From NCBI RefSeq assembly GCF_009914755.1, contig NC_060926.1: 64,000 bases of DNA. One strand, written 5' to 3'. The notes under the pieces were generated by a model that saw nothing but the letters and a program-made list of their open reading frames with translations, was not told where the DNA came from and did no database searches. The DNA comes from the human T2T-CHM13v2.0 reference genome, Homo sapiens. The translations under genes and the position numbers were made by a program. Below are positions 30,217 through 45,665 of this stretch, one piece after another. The first letter of the stretch is position 1, and the number at the start of each line of letters is the position of its first letter.

Positions 30217-30657
30217 ACTTGCGCATCACTTAATGATGGGCATACATACTAAGAAATGTGTAATCACATCATTGTGCGAACATCATAAAGCATCCTTACA
30301 CAAACCGAGATAGTAGAGCCTGCTGTGCACCTAAACTATACGGTGCTAAAAAATTTTAGCTAGAAAAATATTTTCTGTAAAAATATCCTCTTTAAAACAT
30401 GTTTAAGTGACCACTTTTCAAACACAGTGCTAAAAAATTTTATACCTATATATCATATATTTCTTCTAGGCTACAAACCTGTACATAGCATGCTACGGTA
30501 CTGAATACTGTAAACAATTATAACACAATGATAATAGCATTTCTGTATCTAAACATATAAAAGTTACAGTAAAAATACATTATTATTACCTTATAGGACC
30601 ATCACCATACATGCAGTCCATCATTGACTGAACCATCTCTATGCCACGTATGACTCT
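30217..30657 (-). mobile_element. Tigger3a/MER7-like element carrying a roughly 110-bp foreign insert
   Basis: Matches Tigger3a at both ends (GCGCATCACTTAATGATGGG; CTAGGCTACAAACCTGTACA...GTATGACT) with non-Tigger sequence at about 30345-30457. Confidence 0.85.
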
Positions 30658-33614
30658 ACTTATCTATAAATGTGTCAAACTTTAAAAAGAACTCAACACT
30701 AGCAATACAATAGGTAATGTAATTGTAGGGTCATATTACTCTATGTTGCAGCTTGTTGAAAGCATCAATAAATAACATTTTTTATATCAGAATATTTTAC
30801 TGAAACATTAAAAATAAAGAGCTTTTAATTACTTAGAGCCATACGATAAGAGAATAAAATGATTAAAGTGCAAATACCAGAAACGTGATTAAAGTGACAG
30901 ACTAGGTTATTATACTGAGGCTCAGAGGTTGGATGTGCTATACGGAGGATAATAAGAAGTAAGAAAAAAACTCTAAAATGCTCCTCTATACAAAGAAATA
31001 TTCAACACATTACCACAGGTTATCATTGAGTGCCCGTAGATCAGAACAAATGACCTAAAGTATATTATCATTTCATTATCTTGAAAAATAAATTTAATTC
31101 ACTATGTTTATAACAAATTAAAAAATACATATGAAAGCCAAGAAAGCTAATAATGCATGCTACAGTATCAATTTCTGAATTCAGAGGGTAATTAAGCCTA
31201 ATACAGGGTTTTTTTTAATAGGAAATGCATAAATGCTTTAAGCAGCTTCCAGATAACATCATGTTTATTCCATGGCCATGGAATAAAAATGCAATGCTTC
31301 ATAGGATGCACTGTTATTCTATGTTGTACACATTCTGTACAGGATGAAATTGTATATTTAATATTTTAGTAGCATTCAGATTCTGGAAAATTACAATTAA
31401 TTCAACATATTTTGAGAAATATATAAAGAATTTAAACAGTCAGAAATAAGGAATTACTGACATTTTGAAACGTTGAAATTATATGCTAAATATCATACTC
31501 CTTAATTCAGTGGTATGCCTCATACCATTCTAAATGAATATGAAATTTAAGTATTTAAAAATAAATTGGCATTATTCAAACTTTGAAATATATTTCTTTT
31601 CTGTGAATACTACATATTAAGAGAGAGGAATTGGTTATTTGTTCTGTCATAATAGAAATCCAAAATCTAAATTAATTTGAATAATTCCATATCTCTCCTC
31701 AGAAGGGCTTAGATCTTTATTTTAATAGTGACCCAACGTATTTTTGAATTTCATTAATATGTTCCAGATAGATCTCATATGATAGTATTTTTTGAAGTTC
31801 TGAGAACTAGAAAAATATTTTATGTAAAAATATCCTCTTTAAAACATGTTTAAGTAACTACAAATATGGTGCTAAAAATTTTTATACCTATATATCAATT
31901 AAAAGGTCATTAACATATTAATAGCTGCTGTTAATGAAAACTTATAAGCAATCCCACAGCTAGTTACTTTACATATACATTATATTTTATTCAATTTTTT
32001 TTAAATAAAATTACAAGGAAGGTTTTATCTCATTTGCAAGTAGGAATACTGAATATGTGATCGTCTAAATGACCCTTCCAATATGTAGAAATAGGAAATA
32101 ATTCTTATTAAATTATCATTTATTTCTAATCATTATAATTATTTATAAATAATTAGAAATAAGATTTTCTTACTCCAAAATTGTGCTCTCAAACACTAAC
32201 TTATTTATATATAAAATAAAATTAGATCGAAAAAGACATACTAAATATACCAAAACCAACAAAAGTCTATTACTTTCAGGAAGCAGATAGTTTTTAAAAA
32301 TCAAATATGTAAGGAAAGCAAATGAAGAATAGCTTTCATTATCTAGTTGAAGAAGGCCTTCTGGCTTCATCAAAAACTTTGTCTTTCTTTTTCCCAATCT
32401 TGTATCTTCCAGAAGCAAAATTATATTCTACACCTTGCAAATAGTGCCCAGCATAGAGTGTGTTTGATAAATATTAGTTAAATAAGTAAGTGGTGAATGC
32501 AACTTTTAGTTAGCAGTTTGAATGACAAGAACAATCATTTGGAGTGCAGGCACAGGTACAAGTTTGTGGATAGATACAACTTCCAAAGAATGGGAGTAAA
32601 GACACAAATAATATGTGAAAACATTTCACAAGCCTATATTAACATCTCAATGTTTTTAGACCTTAGCAGTTTAACTTTTGTTAATAAAGTATCTTTTTTT
32701 GAGCAAATGAGAGAATACAGAAATCAGCGCAAAAGAATTCCATTGTTTCAGTCTTTCCTTAATCTGAATTTTCTTCAAAATGGTGGAACAAAGAAACCTC
32801 CTTTTCTATATGTGTCCTGGACTCTTGACTTCTCAGTGTCTTATCACAGGCAAAGTGAGAATTCTCTGCAGTTAATATAAAATATGTGAAACTATGGGGA
32901 TTCTCTTTTTTTTTTTTCTAACTAACATAGAGATACTCGAGCTTGTAGTTTAGAAGAGGCAGCAGATACCCCATTTATTCCAAAAGTTAGATAAAGGCTG
33001 AGAGAGTGAGATCCTGAGGCCAGATGAATTATGCATTTAATCTAGCATAATTTCAGAAGAATTGACTTTGAACGATGTCAGTCAATCTGAAGAAAGGATA
33101 AAATGCTTCTTACTTTTTTTCTCTTTCAGAATCAGATGCTCCTTGAAGACTGTGTTTATATTTGACATGCTTTGAAGCCACTTATGTAAGTGTGTGTGTG
33201 TAACTATATTAAGATACTCCTTTGTTTTGGCGGGGAGGTTTGGTGATTATCTCAAAAATGGGAAATATAAAAAGAAAGAAAAATGTAGTTATGATGGTCC
33301 TACCACCAAACCTAAAGCTTATTAAACCTATAAAATAATGTGATTAATAAATATGTCATACATTAAATAAAAACTGCTATGTCTGTTATACTAGTCCTGT
33401 GTAATCTAAAATCTCTAAATCCTGGATTCTATAAAAGTAGTCAAGGGGAACTTTATATTAAAAATATATATTTGAATGCAAAATTTATCAGTGATAAAAT
33501 TACAATGACCAAAAAAGATTCACATTCTTTTTCTTCTATCTAAAAGTATAGTAGATATAAAATTTTGAGAAATTAAATTGGCCACACAAATTAAACATAG
33601 AAAAATACTTTCTG

Positions 33615-33830
33615 GTCAAACAGATCTGAATCTGAATCTTAGTTTTATCCCTGGCTTACTGTGTTTCTTGAGGGCCAATGGCTATGTCTGTCTGATCCTT
33701 GGCTTTCTCATATGTAAAATATAAATCAATAGTACCTATTTTAAATATATGTTGTGAAAATTAAATAACAATGCTTAGTCCACTTCCCTGTAGTTTTAAC
33801 AATTACAGCTAGTTCTTAGTTAATAAATGT
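33615..33830 (+). mobile_element. MIR
   Basis: TTTCTCATATGTAAAAT...AATAGTACCTA core. Confidence 0.6.
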
Positions 33831-34239
33831 CTTCTATTTGTCATAAAATAATAGGATACATTTAATCAACCCTTATTAAAATATTACTTAGTTTTGATTA
33901 TCTCATTCCCCAAAATGTGCAAAAAATCAAAGTGTGCTTTTGAACCTAGAAAATAAAAAGGAAAGTCTGTTATTTTACACAATTGCTGCTCTTTATATGA
34001 GGAGGAGAAGAAAAAAGCTTTAAAACTTGTTCTAGATATCTAATGTTAATGAAAAAGGAAAGCTTATACATTTTACCAAAAGAAATCACAGTAATATATG
34101 AGAAAAATATCTTTACACTAAATCCCCAAGAATTACTTAAGAATTCTTTCCTAGAGGTAGCTTTCTGTTTAATATGTTATCTATTTATATCTACCTTCCT
34201 GAAATTCACTGGTATATTCCAAGTAATTTGACAAGTCTC

Positions 34240-34531
<292 letters not shown>

Positions 34532-34666
34532 ATTGACAAGTCTCTTCTAATATGAGGAGTAAGGGGAGATCTGATTAGTTGACTAATTTTCTGACACTGA
34601 GTCTAAAATATTTATAAATTACATTATTAGCATTCCTGAATATTTTTCATGGTGGTCTTGTCAGAT

Positions 34667-34667
<1 letters not shown>

Positions 34668-34701
<34 letters not shown>

Positions 34702-34786
34702 TAATACTATCTATCCATATGTATAAAAAATATAAATAAATATAGTTTATATATATATATAAATAACGTCATATAATTTGTATTCT

Positions 34787-34828
<42 letters not shown>
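34668..34828. repeat. Microsatellite cluster: (GT)16, short (TA)n, (AG)19
   Basis: Read directly at 34668-34699, about 34748-34761 and 34790-34828. Confidence 0.95.
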
Positions 34829-34832
<4 letters not shown>

Positions 34833-37222
34833 ATGGTTATATAAGATTAGTTTATTTTATTCCATTAGGCAAAGGAGATATGTACTACTTAGAGATTTGA
34901 TTTTCTCTTCAATTGCTATATTTTATCCATAGGGAAAAAAAAAACAGTCTAACAGGACAATATGAAACCATTTATAGGACACAGATCATCTACTTTCAAA
35001 TATGTATTAATGTCTGAGATTCAAAAGATGCAAAGAGTAACACCATTGAGAGAAAATTATAATAATTAAGACAAACTGCTCACAACTGAACATCGGAATG
35101 CATTTTGCTTTACAATTCAGCTGCTTTGATCAATGTAGTAAAAGATACTAAAAATTTAGAACTCAATTAGATTATCTAATATCAATGTCTCTTGACTGAG
35201 AAAAAATGGTATTAACCAGGAATTTAATTTCTATATTGTATTGCTTGATCAAACATATAGTTAAGTACTAGGTAATTCTTAGCTACATGAAGAAGTGGTA
35301 GAAAACACAAATCAATTTATTAATTCACCTAAGTTAATAAAAATTATCAATCAGTTATTCTCAATACATTCACTCAGTAAACAAAACATTATGGTTTCTA
35401 CAATAAAAGTTGAAAAAGAATTTAGTAATCAGAGCTCAGTTTTTATTTTAATGTCCCTTCAATTAAAATGGGGAAAAGCACTTTTAAAAGATCATTGTCC
35501 ATCTAAGGAATAACATTGCACTATTATACATCAATGGCACCTTTCAGAACACCAAAAATATTCTCTATCAGAGTTATGTACTTCATTGTATATTATTATG
35601 ATACATTATTCCATCGAATATTTATTTAAAATGCCTATATGTAGGGTAACCTTAAAAACAAATACCTCCTATTAGAGAAATTGTAGGGGTAAGTTACCTA
35701 CCATAATTTGTTTGTCAGGCACAGTGCTATGTAAGTTCTGCTTTTAAATAACACATAGCTATTTAACCATCATGGAAATGTTATGAGGAAAGTATTTCTT
35801 ATTTTTTTAAATCTTTCATGATGAGTCCAAAGTTTTAAAAGGAGATGTCAGGACCCAGATCTAAGCCCGGGGCATTTTTCACTACACACGTTGCATTTAG
35901 TTAAACAACTCACTAAAGCAACTGGAAGCTTAAAAACTCTGAAGATGGTAAAAATGTTATGGACTTTGGCAACAGAAATTCAGCAATAACATTCAAGAGG
36001 AACAATTCTAAAGAGAAGGGAAATGGAAAATGTGATCGTATATTGATTGGATTGTGAAGTTAGAGAGAACTACAATCCTGAAAAGCAGATCTTTCAGAAT
36101 ATGAAAAGGACTGTTTCTATTCATAGCCTGGGCTCTTGCTCAGTATAGGCAAACTATGGTAGTGTGGTAGGGGTGCAGGGTTTATATGAATATAATAAAA
36201 TATTACCTTTTAATCTATCCAGGCAATTATCTCTATTCCTCATTTCTTGTCCATAGCTATGGCTTGTGCCATCCAAATAATTTAAGTTTTATTCTTCTAA
36301 AAGATAATTTTATCTTTTATCAGCTATTGATATTTCTCATGTACACATTTCCATTATTTTATAAAATTACATTTGTATTCCATTGAAGCAATTTTAATAT
36401 AGTGGGAAAAAACTGAAGCTTTTGAATGAGATAGTTTGCTTTAGGATCGTTGTTTTAGCTGAAATATCTTCAAAAACTCTGTTGCTAGATAATTTCCAAT
36501 CGATAGCATATGTGTTAGGAAATTCATAATATAATTTATTCATCTTAAATGTATTGAACTACATACTCATTAAATTTTTACAATGATATGTCTATTAAAA
36601 AAAGGAACAATGACTATTTAGACTCATAAAAAACCTACCACATAATTTACTAAACTGTTTTCTTCATTCAATACCTAAATTCTGAGTAATGCTATGTGTA
36701 GATGTCCTAATAAGTATTAATAACTTATGCAAGTAAAACATAAAATAATATTATCTGATTTTAAGAAGACATGAATATTGTTATAGACGGTTTTACTTTT
36801 GTGTCATCTAAAATAATTACATGTTCCTTAAATATACATTGAAACTAATTATAAACTTACTAAGATACTTTTAAAAAATAACATTTTTCTTGTATAATGC
36901 ATCTTCAATTTTCAGTAGTTTTCTTTTCAAACTAAGGAAGTTCTAACATTTAACAATACTTACGCTTTGAAAACATTAAGAGAATTGTTTTTCTTTAAAT
37001 AACTAATAGCCTTCTTCAATGAAAATCACATGAAGAGAAGGAAATACTTGGAGAAAACCTTAAACCTCACTCATATGGAATTCCCAGGGATAATCACTCA
37101 GGATATTTAGAACAACAAAAAGTAAATTTCTATGATAACAAAATCTGATTTGATTGACTTTGGAGGGAATTTAACATCTTTTATCATAAAACTTTAGCAA
37201 CACTGTCAAGATAAATCTTTTA

Positions 37223-37576
<354 letters not shown>

Positions 37577-39400
37577 TCATATCTTAACTCATTTTCTCTG
37601 ATAGATTTAAAAAATGGATTTCACAATGTGAGCATATTTTTTGTTTTAGGGCATGCTATTTGAAGGAAACCATCTATTTTATCTAAACCATTTATTATTT
37701 ATTATTAAACCATCTATTTTATCAATGTAAATTCTTTCATCTATGGCACGAAAAATACGGTTAAGAATGCAAATACTAAAATGAATTTTCCCTACTCTCA
37801 TTCCTGTTCCTTTTGCTTATGATATTTCAGTATCATATCCTGGGATAGAAATCAGTCTGAATAATCATGTGTATTACAAAATTGCTCTTCCAATAACCAA
37901 CAAATAGAACATGTTCAAACAGCATTGGGAGTCAAAAGGATCCTCCTACTTTAATTGAGCCAATGCAAATTGAAGAAATCTTGGATCTGGCAGAAAAGAT
38001 GGTAAAGATTTTAATTTAAACACAGACACATTTATTATTAGTAAATAGATAAAAACTCACTGGCAAGTTAAATTCTGATTATGTTAATATATTCATTTAC
38101 ATTCTAGTTATATTGTTTTGTTGTTCCTTAAATGGAGGAATCATGTGATAAAAGTTTAAGTCCAGTTTCACATGTAGGATTGTAGAAGGGGAATAAATTA
38201 TACCTCAATAATGAGAATACTTTTTCACCTTTTACCATAAATAAAAACATACTGAATACAAGATGAAAAAGATTTTGTATTCACTTCATTTAATATTAGA
38301 GAATTGAGAAAATTATCTAAATAATTTAGGGTCATAAATTTAAATTTTGCTCCTTTTAACTGAATTCTTCTCACCAAATTATCATATATTGAATAATTGA
38401 CATGGTTTCTTAATTTTTTTCTCACCTTTATGTAGGCCAAAATGTGCTGGCCATGAAAGTATTATGTTTATTGTTTACATACCAACATCTTCTAAGGAAG
38501 CATAAAGATTTATCTAGCACCTGTTAAGTGTGTGACATTAGGTTCAATGCCAACCAATTGTACTTATTTGGAGAAAATATTTACAGTATTGTTAGCATCA
38601 ATCAACAACAGAGCAGTCTTAACTGATTAGTGTAGTATTTCTTTCTAAAACAGAATCCATAATGAGTAGGCTTAGCCAAATGTGCAGGTTTTCTTTCCAA
38701 AAAGAAAAGAAATGTAACTTAAAGGAAGCATTTTGGTCATTTCTAACATCCCCTTTTTCTATTGTTCGACTCACAGTTAAAGTCAGTTATTGGTGTTATT
38801 TGTAATTAGATTACTAAAACATGAAATATAGAGGTTTTGTTTTGTCAACTATGCCTCTGTCTCACAGCCAACTGCATCATCCTCAATTTTACCTAAGAAT
38901 TTCAAAATCATTTTGCAGTTACTCTAGCAAAAAAAGCAAGAGGAAACTGATACCTCTTCATACCAATAAGCTGGAAGTTCAGCTCATTCCTACTATGTGT
39001 TTAAGTTTCAATGTCACCAAGTTACTTACTCAACTAAATACAATGTAATTACTTCCTCGTAATACATAATGTTAAACTTCAGCTCAAAATATTGAACATA
39101 TTTTAATAGAGTGGGGTTGCTTGGTTATAGAAAACTCATCAATAATGTAGAAAAACTGCATTTTAAAACAGCTCTGATATCCTGAGAGCTGCTTTTAGAA
39201 ATCCCACAAATCCTGGCATACCACAGTGAGCTGGGCCTGGTCTCCCAGAGGCAAGTGCCAGCTGCACTACTTAATGCTCAGCCTGCTTCAGCCACCCCAT
39301 GGAGACTATTGGCAGCCACCTCAGAGGAGTAAAAATAAACTTGAAAGTATTTTTAACACAACACAACAAGGCTCTGTGAAAAAAAGAAGCCTGTGGGTTA

Positions 39401-39652
<252 letters not shown>

Positions 39653-41442
39653 TTAAAAAAACAACAAAAATGCATACATGTTATTACAACCAGCCACAGT
39701 ATAGACACTTCCTCAGATTTGGCAGTTCCATAAATTCTAGTTTCATTCTGATTTGTCCTCCTATCTAAGTGCTTATCTGTCAAAGAGGGGGGAGCTGTGA
39801 AGTTTTAAAGAAAGCAAAGATTTGTTTGGTAGAACTGTGCATTTACACTTATTACAGAAAAGCCAACTACCACCACTATCGCACTTACTGGCTTCATGCA
39901 TTAATGAACCTGACAGTAAGTGCCAAATATCTATTTTTGGGGGCTGTTGATACCAAGTAAAGGAAATGATTTTCTGGGTCATTACTATTTTAAATGTTGT
40001 CCACTTCAAAAAGTATATAATCAATTATGTGATTAAAAAGCAGATTGACTGACATGAGAACCCACGGCACAGTTAATGATCTACTCCAGACTTTATTTAA
40101 TCTCAGATGAATTATGATTCTTTAAGACAGGTAATTGGACTGACTTTGTTCTAAAGGGCACTGTCATATTGGGTTTGTTTGGCTAGGTCTAATTTGTCTT
40201 CCTGATGCAAATCATCTATGTTTTATTGCTGCTTATTATTACCCCAAAATCTACAGAAGATGATTTAGCTGCACGTAAGTTTAGTAATAGCAAGTTGACT
40301 GACCTTGAGATTTTGAGCTTTAATGTCTATCTCAAACAAAAGCATCTGCCTTTAAAAACAAATCTTTTGTAAAGCTCTAACAGTAGGAGAGGGGGTCTTG
40401 AACTAATGTTCCATTTGCCTCATGAATGAGGTTAAAACCCACCACATGTGTTGTTTTAGGGTCATGTGAAAGTTCCTGAGTTTATTAATTAAAGTGTAGG
40501 TTTAATCCAGTCATCTCATATACAACTTTATAAAGTCTCAAATCTTTGCTAAGCTGCTGACCCTTGAAATACCCTTATTAGATCCCCTGCCTCCCCCATT
40601 TTGTAGACCCTAAGAATTTCTAAGTGCATTTGGAAAAAGTCTGTCACCATGACGAAAAATCCTACTGTGATCTAAGCTGGCAGACTTGGGAAAACTGAGG
40701 ATGAACACACTACCCATTATTTCATACCAATTAAGCTCTTTTTAAATTCTCTTAACGGTTTCCAGTTATGTTGATATGCCCTTTTTAGACCCAAGGAACT
40801 ATATTGAGACTGTTGAATTGTATTAATCCTAGAAATAAACATGGAAATATTTCTATATTGTATCTTGTAATTCCTTAAAGTGATTTTTTAATTGGGACAA
40901 CTTAGTAACAAAAAGGATAGTCATTCTATTTGCTGTAATTCTATGTTAGTTAGGTATAACTACTTGACATCAGCTATATAAATTAACTATATAAAAGTGA
41001 AATATGCAATCTTTTCATCTCTATTGATATTTTCCTGAAATTTTCTTATATACAGTTAATCAATACGGTTTTATTTTTGTTCATTTATAACATTAATATT
41101 GCAGTTATCTTACCCTATAGCTTCTCCTTTTGATCATGGCAACATATTTTTTTTTTCTGTGACTCAAATCACACATACATGTGCCTGTGTATACAGAAAC
41201 ACACACACGCACACACGAGACAGAGATAAATCTGGATATTCTAAATATACTGCATATTTTACTATTTGAGAAAAGGAATTGTTCGCCAACTGATCCAGCA
41301 CCTAAAATTATTTTTATTTAAACAAAATATAAGAAAGTTATTTTTCTAAGTAATGCCAATCTGAGAGAGGTTACATATATATATATGTATATATGTATAT
41401 GCACACACACACATATATATATATGCTTAAATGTATATTGTG

Positions 41443-41746
41443 GGCCAGGCACCATGGCTCATGCCTGTAATCCCAGCACTTTGGGAGGCTGAGGCAAGCG
41501 AATTGCTTGAGCCCAGGAGTTTGAGACCAGCCTGAGCAACATGGCAAAACCCCATCTCTACAAAAAAAATACAAAAAGTAGCCAGGCACGGTGGCCTGTG
41601 CCTGTAATTCCAGCTAGTCTCAAAGCTGAGGTGGGAGAATCGATCACTTGAGTCCAGGCTATCGAGGCTGTCGTGAGCCAAGATCATACCACTGCACTCC
41701 AGCCTGGGTAACAGAGTAAGATCCTGTCTAAAAAAAAAAAAAAAAA
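41443..41746 (+). mobile_element. AluJ
   Basis: GCTTGAGCCCAGGAGTTTGAGACC J-type left arm, A17 tail; preceded by TA/CA repeats at 41374-41424. Confidence 0.94.
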
Positions 41747-43049
41747 TTATGAAAGCTTTACAATCAATACCAGTACCAAACAATGAGAATTCTTAAACAC
41801 ACAGAATAGAAATATAACCTATTAAATAAGCAGGAACTAATACAAGTATTTTTTCTAGGTGGGACTCCGTGTATTCTTCACATAAAACATAGGTTAATCT
41901 GGCCTTCTGCTAATATAGCAAGAAAAATTCTACCCTTTATTTCAAGGCCTGTTTGAATGTAATTATCTGATGAAGTCTATCCCCAGCCTTTCTGGAGATG
42001 AGTCAAAATAAGCTCTTTCCTCTGTTTCTTAGTAACACTGTCTAGTTTTAAATAATATGTATTGCACTTATTCCTTGTATATAGGGACAGTTGGTAGGAA
42101 GACATGACAGGGATGCAGATATTGTCTCAATGAAAAAAATATTCTATTAATCAGAATTGCCTTCAAAGAGCTTGAACTATGTAGATGCTATAGGTTTCTA
42201 ATATAATCTGGATACCTACAAACTTGGGAGACGTTGAAGAGGATTTCTAAATTTGATGAGAGAGATGGAACTAGTGGGCTCTGAATTTTCTTCTAAATTA
42301 TATGTTTCTGTGAATTCCACATTTATGTCATCTCTTGGGCACAACAAAGACTCTTTAGCTCTATCAGAAAACATTTTCTCTAACAACAGTGAGAAAGAAG
42401 ATGCTGTTTTAAGACAGATTTGAAATTTCTTTCTTCAGATAGATTTGGACAGTGTGGAACCAATACTCTCTTCAAAAACTAAGGCTGGTTTACCAGATGA
42501 TTATATAATCCAAACATAAAATCACCAAAATTACTTTATAATTATGCCCTACGAAACACTTACAATGAGTTCACTCACTGCCTAGGAACCCTGGTTGTAT
42601 TTGGAGCTACTCTTAACACAAACAATTCTAGGAACCGCAATTTGGTAATCTCGGTTTATAAGGGATTCACATGCCTCCTATACAATATGTATTTTTTGTA
42701 CGTGTGCAGTAAAGTGTAAAGAAAATCTATTTTTTGATGTCTTGAAACAATAATATGTAAGCCATGGAAGGAAAAACACTCCAAAAAACTATACATGTAA
42801 AACATTCAATAAAATAACATTTTTAAGTTATAAAATACTATGAAAATTTCCATCTTTGATATTTCTATAAGTACAGTTTTGCATTCAGGTAATAGCGCTG
42901 ATTAAAAATCAAAAGAAAACATATTACCAAGAATTGGACAAAATATTTCATTCTAAAACAAGTAATACATACTATAAAATGATGTCCCTATATGGAAATT
43001 ACGGTGGTATCTAAAATTATGTGGTTGTCACCCTAGACTAATAAAAAGT

Positions 43050-43290
43050 AGTGAAGTTTAGTGGCTAAGAGTAAAGTCATATAGACAGGCTTCCTGGGAA
43101 TAAATGTAGACCCAGTCTTTTACTAATTGAATAGTGATTGGCAAGACAGTTATCATTTTCAACTTTATAAAGCAGGGATAAGAATAGCAACGAATTCAGA
43201 GGATTATTGTAAGGGTTACAAAATAGGGTCAGAGTAACCCATTTAATAAAACGTCTGACCTCTAGGAAATGTATAAAACTTTTGCTATTT
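43050..43290 (+). mobile_element. MIR
   Basis: TAGTGGCTAAGAG start and GGGATAAGAATAGC...GGATTATTGTAAGGGTTA. Confidence 0.55.
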
Positions 43291-43635
43291 TTTTGAATAC
43301 ACTAAATTTCAATAGCCTTTAAAATATAAAATGGATTGATTCTCTGGTTGAATTGATTATTTATCTTGGTGTCAGGCTGCTTAAAGTACAGAATTATAGT
43401 GCTAATTTTGAATAAATCAAGTAATACATCTTTGCGCAGTAATCTAATTCAGGTCAATGTATTCTGACATGTTTCTTTAGTACATTCTCTAGTACAGAAA
43501 AACCCTTAAATGTGTAACTTTACCCACTAAGACCATTTGTGTGGAAAATCAGCTATACATATGGATTTAAATAAAACTATTATTAACTATGTAAGAAACA
43601 AATTTATCTATTATCATTTTTCTTATATAAAGCTA

Positions 43636-43884
<249 letters not shown>

Positions 43885-45479
43885 TTAGTGTTCACTACTA
43901 ATAGCTACCTAATAAAAACTTTAGTTCAAAAAGGAAAGAACTCTGATCCATGAAATCTTTATGGTGTAATTTTTGCAAATGTCACTATTCTATAGAATAT
44001 TTTTCAATTTTATTTTGAATGCCTTTTTATGTGAATAATAGGCCCTCTCTCAATTGTACACAGTGTTAACAAATTAATCATGGTCATTAACTCAGATTTT
44101 AATTGAACTTCAATTTATTGTAATTCAGTGATCTGCAGAAAAATGGGAACATACAAGTGATAGGAGCGAAAAAGCTTGAATATAAGTGACAAATTCAGCA
44201 ATGTAGACTGTTCTGAAGAAAAATCTACTAGTACTGTGTCAGCATGTTCAAACTTGTAATATGTAATCTGAGTAATCGAAATAATATGAATGTCCTCTTG
44301 CCCAGGGATGAACAGTTTCAGCAGGGGCACAAATATGAAAGCCCAGGACAGGCTTTCATCCCAGAACTGCATCAACAGTCAATCTCAAGGAATCGCCAAA
44401 ATACTTCTCTTTGTTTTAGACTTACCTTGCAAAGAATCCTATTACAGGATTATATGAGATACAGGCAGTGATAATTCAAATGTAATAGACAAATAATAAT
44501 CCTTGGAGTTCACCTAATTCAAACCCTTTATTTTATAAAGGGGGGGTAACTAAAACTTCAAAGTGAAGGCAGTTACTTATGGTCTATTATCATTCACGAA
44601 GCAGTAGCAATTGGATAAATATCCAAGCCTTATGACCCACAGTGTGGAAACCCTCAAAACTGCACGGTTCCTAGGGTGAGTTTCTGTAGCATCCTGTCTT
44701 CATCCACACTTCAGCCTACAACATTACAACTACGATTCCATTCTTCTGTTGCATGAAAAATGGCTGTGAACTCCTTCTTTTCTCTCAAAACCAAGGTAGA
44801 GTACATAGACTTCCTCTTTTCCTTTTTGGCATGAGTTACAGAACTGGAATTTACTGGACAAAGGCAATAGGTAGTATATATTAGAGAGGGAGCTCTGTAT
44901 TCACACACTACAAGGAAATCTAGATCACATTTCCCTGTATGCAGACACAATGGATATTTACTATTATCATGTTGTTTAATCATGGTCTTTCTGGCTCAGG
45001 AAAAACAGTAAAATTTTCCCTTGTAACCCTTGTTGCTAATCAACATGTGTTGTGATTCAGAATGACTGGTACAAAATGTGATCTGATCTAACTGAAAATT
45101 CCATTACAGTGAATCAGATATGTTCCCAATTTCGCTAAGCTATCTGCTTCATTACCATCCAATATAAGTAATTTTCATAGGTTAATTGTGCCTATGCTTA
45201 GAAAAAGAAGTTTAATTTTGCCTTTACTTATTGACACTTAATTTTCCTGAGCACTTTCCTATTCTGGTATAATGGAATGAGAGTAGTTATTTACCCTTTT
45301 CTATTTATTATAGTCTATAGCTGATTTTTGTTAGTTGGTTTTCAAAAATTGAATTACATGTGAAATCTGCCCCAGTACAAAAAGTCTTCATGCTGGATAA
45401 CCCTCTTATTTTTGAAACTTTTCCTTTTAACATATGACTTGAGACTTATTTTTTTCATATGAAGCAGTTACAATGCTGT

Positions 45480-45665
45480 ATGGATGAAACTTTTGTTTCT
45501 GACACTTGGGTAAGCAAATTCAGTGACGCATCAGGAAAGTGAAGATTATCATAGCACCTATCTCATAGGATGATTACAAAGGGCAAGCTATTAATAGCTA
45601 CTGCATGTAAACATTTAGCATATTTCCTGGAATACAGTAACTTCTCAGTTCATGTTAGTTTTTAT
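45480..45665 (+). mobile_element. MIR
   Basis: ATAGCACCTATCTCATAGGATGATT...TGTAAACATTTAGCATA. Confidence 0.6.
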
